A DNA stretch of 64,000 nt from Candidatus Eiseniibacteriota bacterium (GCA_031370785.1 JANMQY010000015.1:36596-100595); one strand, 5' to 3'; shown: positions 49,427-60,106, counted from the first letter of the stretch. The notes: a model not told the origin generated them from the sequence alone. Translations and numbers: made by a program.

Positions 49427-50109
49427 TCGATTCCGCCCTTCAGTACGCTTCGCCTGACGCCGGCGGTGAGTCACAGCCGCGCGCGTCGCTCCCTTTCCGC
49501 GTGACGTCCTACGCGGGGTTTCCCCTGGCCTCTCCGGAGCTCCGGGCCGGGCTCCGCGTCCATTCGTGAAAGGAGACGCATCACGAATGTGGGTCGAGGA
49601 AGGAATCGTGGAAACGGATGCTTCGAAGGTGGGGTCGAGGTTTTGCGACGCGCGAGGGCTCGTGGCGGCCACGTCCGCCACGATGCTTGCGTGCGCTGCG
49701 GAAATCGGGATGGGTCGGCGGCAGATCTCCTCGAACAGCGTCTGGAGCGAAACGAAATCCGGACCTCTACGATTCTTGCGGCGCGCCCTGCTGCGCGCCT
49801 CGAGCTCGAGGGCGCCGGTCAGGCGGCTCAGCAGGATGGCGGCCTCGATCTGCAGCGGACATCCATTTGGTTCGGGTTGCGGACTTGCGTCGCTCGGAAC
49901 GGTCGTTGACACACTGGGCCTTTTCGCTGGGGAGGTTCGTAAAGGTCGTGCTATGCAAGTCGCCTGTTTTCTCTTGTCTTCCTCGTGGTTTGGCCGTGGT
50001 CGAGTTCGGGAGCGCCTTCGCGCCTTGCGAGGGCGCCCCGCGACTCGATGCAGGTCCGGGAATCACTCGAAGCCCATGAGTCGCGCGGGCCCCGATGTGA
50101 GGTGCGAAT

Positions 50110-50664
50110 CTAGCGATAGACGTGCTGTCCCTGGGCCTGCCATTCGCGCTCGAAGTACACCGCGTCCTCGTCGTGACGAGGATTGACTCCGAGAATGATG
50201 GCGCCGCCCTTCAGGTCCTTCTCGTACAGCTTCGCGCGCTCCTCCGGGATCCCCGCGCCGACCAGCATGCCGACCAGTCCGCCGGCCGCCGCGCCGGTCG
50301 CGCCGCCCCCCAGCGCACCCGCCAGCGGTCCCGCGATCAGGAGCCCGATGCCGGGCAGAGCAATCGACGTGCCTGCCGCGATGATGGCGAGGAGCGTGGC
50401 ACCCACTGCGCCGCCGACCATGCCGCCGACCGCGCCACCCTTGAGGGTCTTGTGCCCCTCGGTGATCTCGATTTCCTTGTCCAGTTTTCCGTCCTCGCCA
50501 TAGAGACGCTTGCGAGTTTCATCCGACATGATGACGTGGATTTCCTTGTCAGTGTAACCACGAGCGATGAGTGACTGATAGGCACGTTCGGCACTCTGAC
50601 GGTCGGTGAAAGAGCCCGTAATCATTGGGGAACGCGCGCCGTCCTTGCGATAAATGTCCGGCAT
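50110..50664 (-). CDS. General stress protein (YflT/17M-like with glycine zipper)
   Basis: SAERAYQSL..RGY, IALPGIGLLIAGPLAGAL and GAGIPEERAKLYE. Confidence 0.85.
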   Translation of the reverse strand: MPDIYRKDGARSPMITGSFTDRQSAERAYQSLIARGYTDKEIHVIMSDETRKRLYGEDGKLDKEIEITEGHKTLKGGAVGGMVGGAVGATLLAIIAAGTSIALPGIGLLIAGPLAGALGGGATGAAAGGLVGMLVGAGIPEERAKLYEKDLKGGAIILGVNPRHDEDAVYFEREWQAQGQHVYR

Positions 50665-50771
50665 CGATGCCTCCAGCTCTGATGATTGTTCTGGTAACCG
50701 TGGCTGCGGCCTGCACGGCCGTGGACGATCCTCGGACGGGGGATGTCCGAGCGCGGTCGAAAGAAGATTTC

Positions 50772-50786
50772 GCAAGCCGGATGCCA
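50772..50786 (-). promoter_or_regulatory. Putative sigma54 promoter
   Basis: Minus strand TGGCATCCGGCTTGC about 108 bp upstream of the stress gene; an AT-rich tract at about 50865-50900 lies further upstream. Confidence 0.65.
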
Positions 50787-51085
50787 CCCGCGCCGGGGAG
50801 GCAGCGGGTTGAAAAATCAGGAGGCTACGGCCGTCGGGAGGGGCTCCAGGAGCCCGAAACCGATCCCTTTTGTTCAAAAGAAAAAGCAAATATTTCACGA
50901 AGCGATGATCCTGCACGGTTCTAGGACCCCTGATGGGTCCTGACCCACGCGGATGATCGCCCCGCTCTCATGCTCCGAATGATTTCCCCCAGGCCTCGGC
51001 TCCGGCGCCCTCGTGGTGGGCCGACCGACACCCCGCTGGAGGAGTCCGCGGCGTCAGAATGCGCCGCGATCCACGCCTCACTGCC

Positions 51086-51967
51086 TCATGATGGCGCCCG
51101 GGGACTGGGCAGTCGCTCCCCGTGCTCGAACTCGGTTGGCTCCTCCCGAAGTAGCCGCCCGTGCCTGCCGGCCTCGAACGCCGACGCGAACTCGGCTCCG
51201 ATCAGAAGGATGATCGAAGAAAGATGGGTCCAGAGCATGAACAGCATCACCGCTCCGAGCGCGCCGTACAGCGCCTGGTAGCGATTGAAGTGCGCGACGT
51301 AGAAGGCAAACCCGTGTTTGACGATCTCGAACAGGATTGCGGCAAGCACAGCCCCGGGCCACACGTCTCCGACTCCGTGGCGAACGTTGGGTACGTAGCG
51401 GTAGAGCAGGAGAAAGGCGACGAACGAGACCACCGCCGGCAGGAGAAGCCCCACGACAGTCAGCCCTGATTGCAGCATGCCCGACTGCTGCGCGCTCAGC
51501 GTCTGGAGAGAGTGGAGCACCACAGTGCCCGCCAGCGAGATACCGAACAGAAGGCCCAGCCCGAGCACCGCCCCCAGGTCGAGAAGCTTGTCCATGAGGA
51601 ATCCGCGTTTCCCCTTCGCGCCCCACGCAATGTTGAGCGCGTCACGGATCGCACCGAAGATCCCGCTGCTCGCCCAGATCAGGCCGATGAGCCCGATCAC
51701 GGTGAGGGTGCCGCTCTGGCGTGAGACGTTACGAATCGAATCGAGCACCAGGTTGTCGCCCGAACCCGCCTGCAGCGGCATCAGCTGCAATACGCGCTCG
51801 ACCGCATTCTGCTGAAGCTGCGGGTCGCGCATGACGAAACCAAAGATCGCGATGAGGAAGGTAACGAGAGGAATGAACGAGAACAGCACGTAGTACGAGA
51901 TGGCCGCCGCCAGAAGAGCGCAATGATCCTCGCCGAACTTGTGCCAGGTGCGGCTGAGCAGAGACAT
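51086..51967 (-). CDS. YihY/BrkB-family inner membrane protein
   Basis: AAAISYYVLFSFIP, ALNIAW, LYRYVPN and YGALGAVMLFMLW...IGAE. Confidence 0.93.
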   Translation of the reverse strand: MSLLSRTWHKFGEDHCALLAAAISYYVLFSFIPLVTFLIAIFGFVMRDPQLQQNAVERVLQLMPLQAGSGDNLVLDSIRNVSRQSGTLTVIGLIGLIWASSGIFGAIRDALNIAWGAKGKRGFLMDKLLDLGAVLGLGLLFGISLAGTVVLHSLQTLSAQQSGMLQSGLTVVGLLLPAVVSFVAFLLLYRYVPNVRHGVGDVWPGAVLAAILFEIVKHGFAFYVAHFNRYQALYGALGAVMLFMLWTHLSSIILLIGAEFASAFEAGRHGRLLREEPTEFEHGERLPSPRAPS

Positions 51968-52049
51968 TATGGGTAGCTCCCGATTGGCGTCATGACGCAA
52001 TTCGAAAGGGCAACCGCGGTGGTGGCGGCGACTCAGAACTGTGGCCATA

Positions 52050-52065
52050 AGCAGAGGACGTGCCA
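52050..52065 (-). promoter_or_regulatory. Putative sigma54 promoter
   Basis: Minus strand TGGCACGTCCTCTGCT about 85 bp upstream of the yihY-like gene. Confidence 0.65.
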
Positions 52066-52269
52066 CAGGTCGGATCTCTACAACCCCATGTGGATATGTG
52101 GATGACGACGTCAGCGGGGGCATTGAGAGAGTGAAATTACAGCTCCTGCTTGTAAGAGTTTCGTGTGCTGGCGGGACCGAATGCGCAACCCTCACGGATT
52201 CGCACCATCCAAGTTGCGGTTCGAACTCGGAACGCGATTCATACCTCCAAGGAGTGATCCATCTCGAGC

Positions 52270-53448
52270 ATGAGCGCGACTGAGACAATGGAACGCATGG
52301 TTTCCAGCGGTGCCACCGACGCGGTCGATGCGGCACGCAGCGCAGGGCTCTATTACGTCTCCGACCAGACCGTCGGCATCCGCCGGGTGCGCAGCGGAAA
52401 AGGATTCCGCTTCGTCACCGATGACGGGCGAGCGGTGCGGGACCGCGCCGAGCTGAAACGCATCCGCGCGCTGGTGATACCGCCGGCGTGGACCGACGTG
52501 TGGATCTGCGCCTCGCCGCGCGGCCACATCCAGGCCATCGGACGGGATGCGCGCCACCGCAAGCAGTATCGCTACCACGCACGGTGGCGCGAGGTGCGCG
52601 ACGAGACCAAATACGATCAGTTGATCGGGCTCGGCGAGGCGCTCCCGGCGATCCGCCAGCGCCTCAAGCTCGATCTGGGGCGCCGCGGGCTTCCACGCGA
52701 AAAGGTGCTCGCAACTGTCGTCCGCCTGCTCGAGACCACGATGATGCGAATCGGAAACGAGGAGTACGCTCGCGCCAACCGCTCCTTCGGGCTCACCACC
52801 TTGCGCGATCGGCACGTCAACGTGACCGGGTCCAATATCGAGTTTCAGTTCCGGGGCAAGAGCGGGAAGCATCATGTGGTCCGCGTCAGCGATCCGCCGC
52901 TGGTGAAGATTCTCAAGGCTTGCCAGGACATTCCGGGCTACGAACTGTTCCAGTACCGCGACGAGAGCGGCCAGGCGCAGAGCATCGATTCAGCGGACGT
53001 GAACGCCTATCTGCGCGAGATCGCGGGTGCCGAGTTCAGCGCGAAGGTGTTCCGAACCTGGGCCGGTACCGTGCAGGCCCTGTCCGCGTTGCGCGCCCTT
53101 CCGCGCGCCGACTCGGAAGCGGAAATCCGTCGCGGGCTGGCCGAGGTGATCAAGGAAGTGGCGGCGCAGCTCGGCAACACTCCCGCCGTGTGCCGCAAGT
53201 GCTACATCCATCCGGCCGTGATCGAATGCCACATGAACGGTGTTCTCAACGACAGGCTGGATCTGCCCGGCCGCAGGCGCAGGATCGCAGGGCTGAGTCT
53301 CGAGGAGCGCCTGACGCTGGCCTTTCTCAAGGACTGCCGAGAGCGACTGGCGAGCGCCCCGCCACTGGCGTTGAACGGAGTTCGATCGAACGGCAAGCAC
53401 GCACGCCGAAGCGCAAAGGCGCGTCCACGCCCTTCGCGTAGCGCGTAG
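52270..53448 (+). CDS. DNA topoisomerase IB (bacterial/poxvirus type)
   Basis: IPPAWTDVWI, GRDARHRKQYRYH, RIGNEEY, FRGKSGK, KVFRTW and LGNTPAVCRKCYIHP. Confidence 0.95.
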   Translation: MSATETMERMVSSGATDAVDAARSAGLYYVSDQTVGIRRVRSGKGFRFVTDDGRAVRDRAELKRIRALVIPPAWTDVWICASPRGHIQAIGRDARHRKQYRYHARWREVRDETKYDQLIGLGEALPAIRQRLKLDLGRRGLPREKVLATVVRLLETTMMRIGNEEYARANRSFGLTTLRDRHVNVTGSNIEFQFRGKSGKHHVVRVSDPPLVKILKACQDIPGYELFQYRDESGQAQSIDSADVNAYLREIAGAEFSAKVFRTWAGTVQALSALRALPRADSEAEIRRGLAEVIKEVAAQLGNTPAVCRKCYIHPAVIECHMNGVLNDRLDLPGRRRRIAGLSLEERLTLAFLKDCRERLASAPPLALNGVRSNGKHARRSAKARPRPSRSA

Positions 53449-53496
53449 ACGCGCCCGGCTCGATCACCCGCCGCCCGGCTGAGTCGGCCCGTTCCT

Positions 53497-54321
53497 CTAG
53501 TGCCGCCGCCGCCGTGGGGACTCGAGCCCGGCCTTCTGCAACACCTCGTGCGCCGATACCTGCCACGTCATTCCGGCGCGGACCTCGAAGATCCGCTCGT
53601 CCCCGCTTTGCGCCAGCCGGAGCGCCACGTCGTACTCGGTCTCCCGGCCCGGAACGTAGATCAGACCGAGGATGGCCGAATGCTCGGGGAGCCCACCGTC
53701 GACCGCCTCGACCTTGAGCTCGATGGCCGGAGCGATGCCGAAGTGATCGCTGGCTTCGAAAATCACCCCGGCCAAACCGGCGTTACGGCCCTCGGCCAGG
53801 CGCTCCCCTTCGACGTTGAAATGCGCCGTGCCGAGCTTCGAGGCGGACGATGCGATCAGGTTCACAGCGGCGCCGAGGTGCTTTTCGCCACGCTCGGGAA
53901 ACAGGATCGCATCCTCCATCGCAATGCTGGGACCGGGTTCGTCCTGAAGTCCTCCGCGTCGCATCACCTGCTTGAATGCGAACGCGAGTCCTTCGAGTTT
54001 CATGCGCGGCTCGCCCGGCGTCGATTCCAGCGCCACGTGGTTCGCGCCTTCGAGCACCAGCTCGCGGCCGGTCGCGAGTCCGTAGTTGATGGAAAGGTTG
54101 GGCGCGCGAAGAGAATGTTCGGCGTCCACTCTGGCGTATTCGGCCGGTCCCAGCGCGATCTCGAAATTGTGACGCGTCGCGACATCGGCGTCCGTCAGGT
54201 CGAACGGACGATAGGCGTGTGCCACGCCCGCGATGAGCGCCGTGAACAACACGGCGACCACCGCAGCGTGGCACAGGGTCAACGCGGTCCTGTGGATCGG
54301 AAATGCAGCATGGTCTCGCAT
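53497..54321 (-). CDS. Exported, probably outer-membrane beta-barrel, hypothetical protein
   Basis: Signal peptide ending AHA, then YRPFDLTDADVA; alternating beta-strands ending EVRAGMTW. Confidence 0.65.
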   Translation of the reverse strand: MRDHAAFPIHRTALTLCHAAVVAVLFTALIAGVAHAYRPFDLTDADVATRHNFEIALGPAEYARVDAEHSLRAPNLSINYGLATGRELVLEGANHVALESTPGEPRMKLEGLAFAFKQVMRRGGLQDEPGPSIAMEDAILFPERGEKHLGAAVNLIASSASKLGTAHFNVEGERLAEGRNAGLAGVIFEASDHFGIAPAIELKVEAVDGGLPEHSAILGLIYVPGRETEYDVALRLAQSGDERIFEVRAGMTWQVSAHEVLQKAGLESPRRRRH

Positions 54322-54329
54322 GGTCGATG

Positions 54330-54704
54330 TCAGCGGAGGCGATTCTTCGCCCGGTCGATCGCCTTCTCGAGATTATCGAGCGTTTCCGCGAAGGAGTCCT
54401 TGGCCTTGTCCCAGCCGTCCTCGGTCGAAGCCTTCAACTCGTTCAGCCTGAGCTGCACTCTGTCGCGTTCGGCCTGCAGCGAGTCGAGATCCGCCTGGGC
54501 ATCGGCCTTGACCTTGTTGTTCGCGGCGGCGAACCGGGCCCGCACGCTGTCCATGTCGGCGTCGTAGCTGGCGAGCTTCTGCTCCGCTCCCTGCACGTAT
54601 TGATTGTGCTCGGCCGCCTCGTCCTCCGCGTGATCCGCCTTCTTCGCGCATCCAGGGACCAGCAACAGCACGAGCAACAACATCGAGAACGACTTGCCTG
54701 ACAT
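54330..54704 (-). CDS. Coiled-coil lipoprotein (Sll1863-like stress protein)
   Basis: Lipobox LVPGC; LNELKASTEDGWDKAKDSF. Confidence 0.75.
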   Translation of the reverse strand: MSGKSFSMLLLVLLLVPGCAKKADHAEDEAAEHNQYVQGAEQKLASYDADMDSVRARFAAANNKVKADAQADLDSLQAERDRVQLRLNELKASTEDGWDKAKDSFAETLDNLEKAIDRAKNRLR

Positions 54705-55305
54705 GACCGTAACCTCCGAGTGGTTGTGATTCGTTTCCGCGTCGAGAAGCACGCGCCGCAGCGTAGATCGACATCCCGACTGGGGCAAAAGAAGAACTCC
54801 GACGCGTGTAAGTAAGGGCCCGCTGTGTAAAAGCTGCAGGCCTTCGACCACGTTCGCGCTCTCGAGCGGACGCCGTGCTGGATGCGTGCGAGCGCTGAAC
54901 AGACCAGTCGAAACAGCGTCTTTCCTTCGGCCATCACGATGTCGCGGAGGCAGCATGCCCTCCGCCGGAATCTCCCGAAGCAAGGGGAAGGCCACGCTCG
55001 AACGCGGGGGCGACGCGGGGGCGACGCGGGCGCGACCGGTTCGACGCGGGTCGCGACCGGTTCGCTCGGGCCGTACCCCTGGTACCCCACGCGTCGCGCC
55101 AGCCGCCTCGAACAGACTCATAGGAAATCCTCAAATTCCCTGAACCCTCTGCCGCGCAGCGATTTCCATGTCGCGCGCCGAGCGCCGCTCAAGCCCTGCT
55201 CAAGTCCCTCCGCAGATTCTTCTGGCGGCTCCACGACCAGTCGTGGGCAATCGCCGCTCGCACACAGCTTCCACGAGAGTCCAGGTCTCATCAGGAGGTG
55301 ACCCA

Positions 55306-58251
55306 GTGCGTCTGCACCGCTACTCAATCGCCGTCACGCTGCTGCTGGTCCACGCGCTGTGCGCAACCCGCGCGAATGCGGCGCAGTGGATCGACGACAC
55401 CAACGGCAACCGAATCGACGACCGCATCGAGCAGGTCGACACTCACGGCCTGGCCGCCGCCTACGTCAATTCCGATCCCACTCAGCGCATGCGAATCGGC
55501 GTGTTCGCGGGAGTTCCAATCGCCTTTGCGATCTACGTCGGATACGACCATCACCCGACCGCCGGCGACGTGGCGACACTGAGCTCGGTTGGAGTTCCGT
55601 TCACACATCCGTATCTGTACATCGACTATGTACGCACGCAGGCCACATATCTGCAGATCCAGTCGATCGCGAATCTGCCGGGCGTCACCCGCGTCGAGGC
55701 GATTCCGATGATGTACGCGACCAATCACTACGGAGCGCGCGTGGTGCGGGCGCGCGATTCGCGAGGGGTCGGCAAGGCACAGAACGAAGTCCTGTTCCCG
55801 AGCGCCCGCAAGGACCTGGGTCTCGACGGGACCGGCATCGTGGTCGGCATCCTCGACACCGGCGTCAATGACGCACCCGATTCGATCAACGCGGGGTATC
55901 CCGGGCACGAGAGCGTGGCCGGAAAATTCCTCGGCGGCGGATCGTTCTACGCGGGCGATCCTGCGCTCAACACGCCGCTCACGTCGAGCTTCAACCCGCA
56001 GGATCACAGCGGCGGCAGCGACTTCTATCACGCGACTCACGTCGCCGGCACTTCGATCGGCACCGGCGGACCCGGCGGATTTTTCGGCGGCGTCGCACCT
56101 GCCGCGCGCCTGGTCGACTGCAAGGTGCTCTCGGACGCGGGCGCAGGCTTCGGCGCCGCGGACGGCGTCGAGTGGTGCATCTACCACCGGAACACGCTGT
56201 GGCCCGGACTGAGCGGCGCCGACACCATCTATCGCGGCATCGACGTGCTCAACCTGTCGCTCGGCGGCACCAGCAATTCCGACGGCACCGACGCCTCGGC
56301 GCAGATGATGAACGCAGCCGTGCGCAACGGCATCGTGGTGTGCATCGCGACGGGGAACGATGACTCCATGAACTACATCGCCTCCCCGGCATCGGCCGAC
56401 TCGAGCATCGCGGTCGGCGCGGAGTCCCACCTCAAGACACTCGATCGCGGTGACGACACGGTGACCTCGTTCTCCAACGAGGGTCCGCGAAGGGATGACG
56501 GGGACCTCGAGCACATCGACGAGATGAAACCGAGCATCGTCGCCCCGGGTGACGCGATCATCTCGGCCAACGGTGACTTCACCACCGACGGCACGCAGTA
56601 CCAGACGCTGAGCGGAACCAGCATGGCGACACCGCACACCGCGGGCGTGTGCGCGCTGGTGCTCCAGGCCAATCCCGCGCTGACCCCGATGCAGATGCGC
56701 AGCATCCTTCAGAACACCGCCGAGCACCGCATGCCGAGCGTCAAGGGTCCGTTCCGCACCTACCCGCAGAGCACCGATCCCAACTACGACCCGGGTAGCG
56801 GCTGGGGCCTGATCGACGCATACGCGGCCGCGAAGGAGGCGCTCGACAGTTCGACCGGAGTCCAGGTCGTGCAGTTCCGTCCAATCGCGCGAGCGGACAG
56901 CGGACGCGTCTATCTGCGCTGGGTGACGCAGCGCGAGCATCCTTCGCTGGGCTTCGACCTCTACCGGGCGCCCGATGTGAACGGAAGCCCCGGCGCCTTT
57001 GCGAAGATCAATTCCACGCGGGTCCCTCCGGTCGGCCATGCCAACATCGAGGGCGTCGGGAATCGCACGCGGTACGTCTACGCTGACGAGGATCCCGGGC
57101 TCTCTCCCGGAAACGCTTACTGGTACCGCGTCGCCTGGGTCGACCTCGGCTCGGCCACCCACTTCGAGCCGGCGGCACCGGTGGAGTATGGAAATCTTCC
57201 GCGCGTCGCCACGCTCTACTACAGCATCGCGCACAACGCGGCAGATCATGATCTGGTGATCCGGGTTGGAACCAGTGCGTCCTACAACCCCGGCGCCCCT
57301 CAGTTTGTCGCTTTCGGCCCCAGCGAGGCGAGCCAGGACAGCGTGCGAGTGACCTTTCCCGGCCCGGCGAACACCGGCAGCTCCACTCCCGGCAATGCCG
57401 AGCACTTCTGGTCGGTCGGGCTCGTCGCGATGGACAACGTCGCCGGCTACCTTCCGCCGAGGCCCGGGCAGCCCTGGTTCCTGAGCGTCGCCGAGGCCGG
57501 TTACGTCAATCGCTTCGGACGCATCACGTCATTCTCGATGTTCGTGAATGACGCGCTCGGCAGCAGCACCGGAACCACCTATGCGACCGCCGATCCGCTG
57601 CCTCAGCCGACGGCCGAGACGACCGAGACCACGGTGTGGCTGCCCAGGGCGTACTCGCCGCTTTCGGTCGCCTACGCGCAGATGGCGGCGAGCGAGGAAG
57701 CGAACGGCGTGCGGCTCAGCCTCGACTTCGTGGACGACCACTCGGGAGCGGCGGCGAGCGTGTGGAGATCCACCTCGTCAGATTTCAGCTCTCGAGCCGC
57801 GCTCACCCGCCAGGACATTCCGGTCAGCGGTCGCGCCTTCTCGTACCTGGACGGCAGCGCGGAATCCGGCGTCGTCTACTTCTACTGGATCCAGGTGCGC
57901 GAGGCCTCGGGCGTGGCGGTATGGAACGGCCCGGTGAGCGGTCAGCTCGCGGGCCATCTGACGTTTGCGGCGGCGCCCGCGCCCAATCCGGTTCATGGAT
58001 CCACGCGCTTCGCCTATTCGATCGGGACCGATGCCGCGCGCTCGGGGCCAGTCGAGGTGTCGCTGCGGCTTCGGGACGTGCAGGGCCGGCTGATTCGCAA
58101 TCTCGCGCGTACGCGCCAGGGCATCGGGCAGTACTCGGTGAAATGGAATGCGGAGGATGATCAGGGCCGTCACGTCGCGCCCGGGATCTACTACCTGCAG
58201 CTTTCCGCAGGATCGCGGCAGCACACCGTGCGAGTGGCCGTCGTGAATTAG
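55306..58251 (+). CDS. Secreted S8 subtilase with FlgD-Ig/T9SS-like CTD
   Basis: GGAGG RBS and GTG start; catalytic triad motifs ILDTG, HATHVAG, SGTSMATPH; C-terminal PNPV...DVQGRLIR...GIYYL. Confidence 0.93.
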   Translation: MRLHRYSIAVTLLLVHALCATRANAAQWIDDTNGNRIDDRIEQVDTHGLAAAYVNSDPTQRMRIGVFAGVPIAFAIYVGYDHHPTAGDVATLSSVGVPFTHPYLYIDYVRTQATYLQIQSIANLPGVTRVEAIPMMYATNHYGARVVRARDSRGVGKAQNEVLFPSARKDLGLDGTGIVVGILDTGVNDAPDSINAGYPGHESVAGKFLGGGSFYAGDPALNTPLTSSFNPQDHSGGSDFYHATHVAGTSIGTGGPGGFFGGVAPAARLVDCKVLSDAGAGFGAADGVEWCIYHRNTLWPGLSGADTIYRGIDVLNLSLGGTSNSDGTDASAQMMNAAVRNGIVVCIATGNDDSMNYIASPASADSSIAVGAESHLKTLDRGDDTVTSFSNEGPRRDDGDLEHIDEMKPSIVAPGDAIISANGDFTTDGTQYQTLSGTSMATPHTAGVCALVLQANPALTPMQMRSILQNTAEHRMPSVKGPFRTYPQSTDPNYDPGSGWGLIDAYAAAKEALDSSTGVQVVQFRPIARADSGRVYLRWVTQREHPSLGFDLYRAPDVNGSPGAFAKINSTRVPPVGHANIEGVGNRTRYVYADEDPGLSPGNAYWYRVAWVDLGSATHFEPAAPVEYGNLPRVATLYYSIAHNAADHDLVIRVGTSASYNPGAPQFVAFGPSEASQDSVRVTFPGPANTGSSTPGNAEHFWSVGLVAMDNVAGYLPPRPGQPWFLSVAEAGYVNRFGRITSFSMFVNDALGSSTGTTYATADPLPQPTAETTETTVWLPRAYSPLSVAYAQMAASEEANGVRLSLDFVDDHSGAAASVWRSTSSDFSSRAALTRQDIPVSGRAFSYLDGSAESGVVYFYWIQVREASGVAVWNGPVSGQLAGHLTFAAAPAPNPVHGSTRFAYSIGTDAARSGPVEVSLRLRDVQGRLIRNLARTRQGIGQYSVKWNAEDDQGRHVAPGIYYLQLSAGSRQHTVRVAVVN

Positions 58252-58486
58252 CCATTCCGTAACGTCCGGCGCCGATCGAGAGCGGAATCGCCAGGCGGTC
58301 GTTCCTCCCCCCGAGGAGAGGCGGCCGCCGGATTCCGCTCGCGCGCCGGTCGACGGGTGAAGTTCGGGGCGGGGCGAGGAGCGTCCATCCACGTCCGTCC
58401 TTGACGCTCCTCTCGCGGACCCTCACCCTGTTGTTGCTCCACCTCCTGAAAGAAGCGGACCTTCCCCCCTTCTGAAAGGTGCCAAA

Positions 58487-58675
58487 ATGCCTCTGCTCAC
58501 CATCTGTCTGGTGTTGATCGTCGTGGGTGTGCTGCTCTGGCTCATCAACACCTATGTGCCGATGGATCGGAAGATCAAGAACATCCTCAATGCCGTGGTG
58601 GTCATCGTCGTGGTCATCTGGCTGCTGCAGGTATTCGGGCTCATCGGATCACTCTCGGGAGTCCGCGTGAAGTAA
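58487..58675 (+). CDS. Small two-TM membrane protein (Thivi_2564-like)
   Basis: LIVVGVLLWLINTYVPMDRKIKNILNAVVVI. Confidence 0.85.
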   Translation: MPLLTICLVLIVVGVLLWLINTYVPMDRKIKNILNAVVVIVVVIWLLQVFGLIGSLSGVRVK

Positions 58676-58869
58676 CGGGCGGGCCGGCGGGCCCGGCCCC
58701 CACCCTCTCACCAAGAGTCTGGCCTTCCCGCGGCGATCGGCTATTCTCCGGTCGCCGCGCGGCATGTCACCCACTCCGCACCTGCGCTCCGGCACCGCGA
58801 GTTCGGCTCGATCGCTCGAGATCGGGTCCCCGGCACGGAAGTGAAGCACCACCACGGAGGGGGGCCGCG

Positions 58870-60090
58870 ATGCTTCATCTCGACACGGGCAATACGGGCT
58901 TCATGCTGGTCTGCTGCAGCCTGGTCATGCTGATGACCCCGGGCCTCGCGTTCTTCTACGGCGGGCTCGTCGGCCGGCGCAACGTTCTCGCCATCATGAT
59001 CCAGAGCTTCATCTCGCTGTGCTGGACGACAGTCGTCTGGTACGTGTGCGGCTACTCGCTGTGTTTCTCGGGCGACGTTGCGGGCGTGATCGGCAACCTC
59101 GACATGGCGTTCCTGCGCGGTGTGGATCTGATGGCCCCCTCGCCGAACGACACCATCCCGCTGATCGTTCACGTCGCCTATCAGATGATGTTCGCGATCA
59201 TCACCCCCGCGCTCATCACCGGCGCCTTTGCGAACCGCGTCACGTTCAAGGCCTACTTCATCTTCCTCACGCTGTGGCTGCTGCTGGTGTACTTCCCGTT
59301 CGTGCACATGGTGTGGGGCGGAGGCCTTCTCGCGAGATGGGGCGTCCTCGATTTCGCGGGCGGCATCGTCGTGCACAACATCGCCGGAATCGCGGCCCTC
59401 GCATCGGTGCTGTACGTCGGCCGGCGCCGCGTTCAGGACAGCGGACCGCACAGCATCCCGCTGGTCGCCCTCGGCACCGGGCTGCTGTGGTTCGGCTGGT
59501 ACGGGTTCAACGCGGGCAGCGAGTTCCGTGTGGACGGGGTGACTGCCGCGGCGTTCATCAACACCGACCTCGCCGCCTCGTTCGCGGGCATGGCGTGGCT
59601 CGTGGTGGAATGGATCACGACCCGCAAGCCCAAGTTCCTCGGGCTCCTCACCGGCTCGGTCGCCGGACTTGCCACCATCACGCCCGCCGCGGGATACGTC
59701 TCACCGCAGTCGGCGGTGCTCATCGGCATCGCCGCGGGAGTGGTGTGCTTCTATGCCGTCGCGCTCAAGAACAGGCTGCGCTGGGACGACGCGCTCGACG
59801 TCTGGGGCGTGCACGGCGTGGGCGGCGCGCTCGGAGTGGTACTGCTCGGAGTGTTCGCCACCACGGCCTACAACCCGGCAGGGACGAACGGGCTCCTGGC
59901 CGGGAACAGCACGTTTTTCATCCGGCAGGTGCTGGCGGTTCTGTTCTCGTCCGCCTGGGCATTCTTCTTCACGCTCGGAATGCTGTGGCTGATCGATCGC
60001 ATCACTCCGGTCAAGGTCGAGAAGGGGCACGAAGAGATCGGTCTCGACGAGGCACTCCACGGGGAGCAGGCGTATGTCGAGATCGCCTGA
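58870..60090 (+). CDS. amtB: Ammonium transporter
   Basis: MTPGLAFFYGG, DFAGGIVVH, LWFGWYGFNAGS and DDALDVWGVHG (twin His). Confidence 0.96.
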   Translation: MLHLDTGNTGFMLVCCSLVMLMTPGLAFFYGGLVGRRNVLAIMIQSFISLCWTTVVWYVCGYSLCFSGDVAGVIGNLDMAFLRGVDLMAPSPNDTIPLIVHVAYQMMFAIITPALITGAFANRVTFKAYFIFLTLWLLLVYFPFVHMVWGGGLLARWGVLDFAGGIVVHNIAGIAALASVLYVGRRRVQDSGPHSIPLVALGTGLLWFGWYGFNAGSEFRVDGVTAAAFINTDLAASFAGMAWLVVEWITTRKPKFLGLLTGSVAGLATITPAAGYVSPQSAVLIGIAAGVVCFYAVALKNRLRWDDALDVWGVHGVGGALGVVLLGVFATTAYNPAGTNGLLAGNSTFFIRQVLAVLFSSAWAFFFTLGMLWLIDRITPVKVEKGHEEIGLDEALHGEQAYVEIA

Positions 60091-60106
60091 GCGCGGGCTG
60101 CGACAC

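Noticed and set aside
49427..49912. 162-aa N-terminal extension of the FAD oxidoreductase
   Set aside because: Low-complexity sequence with no recognisable domain; the reductase fold starts near MEEVVV, so the extension is unsupported though not excluded
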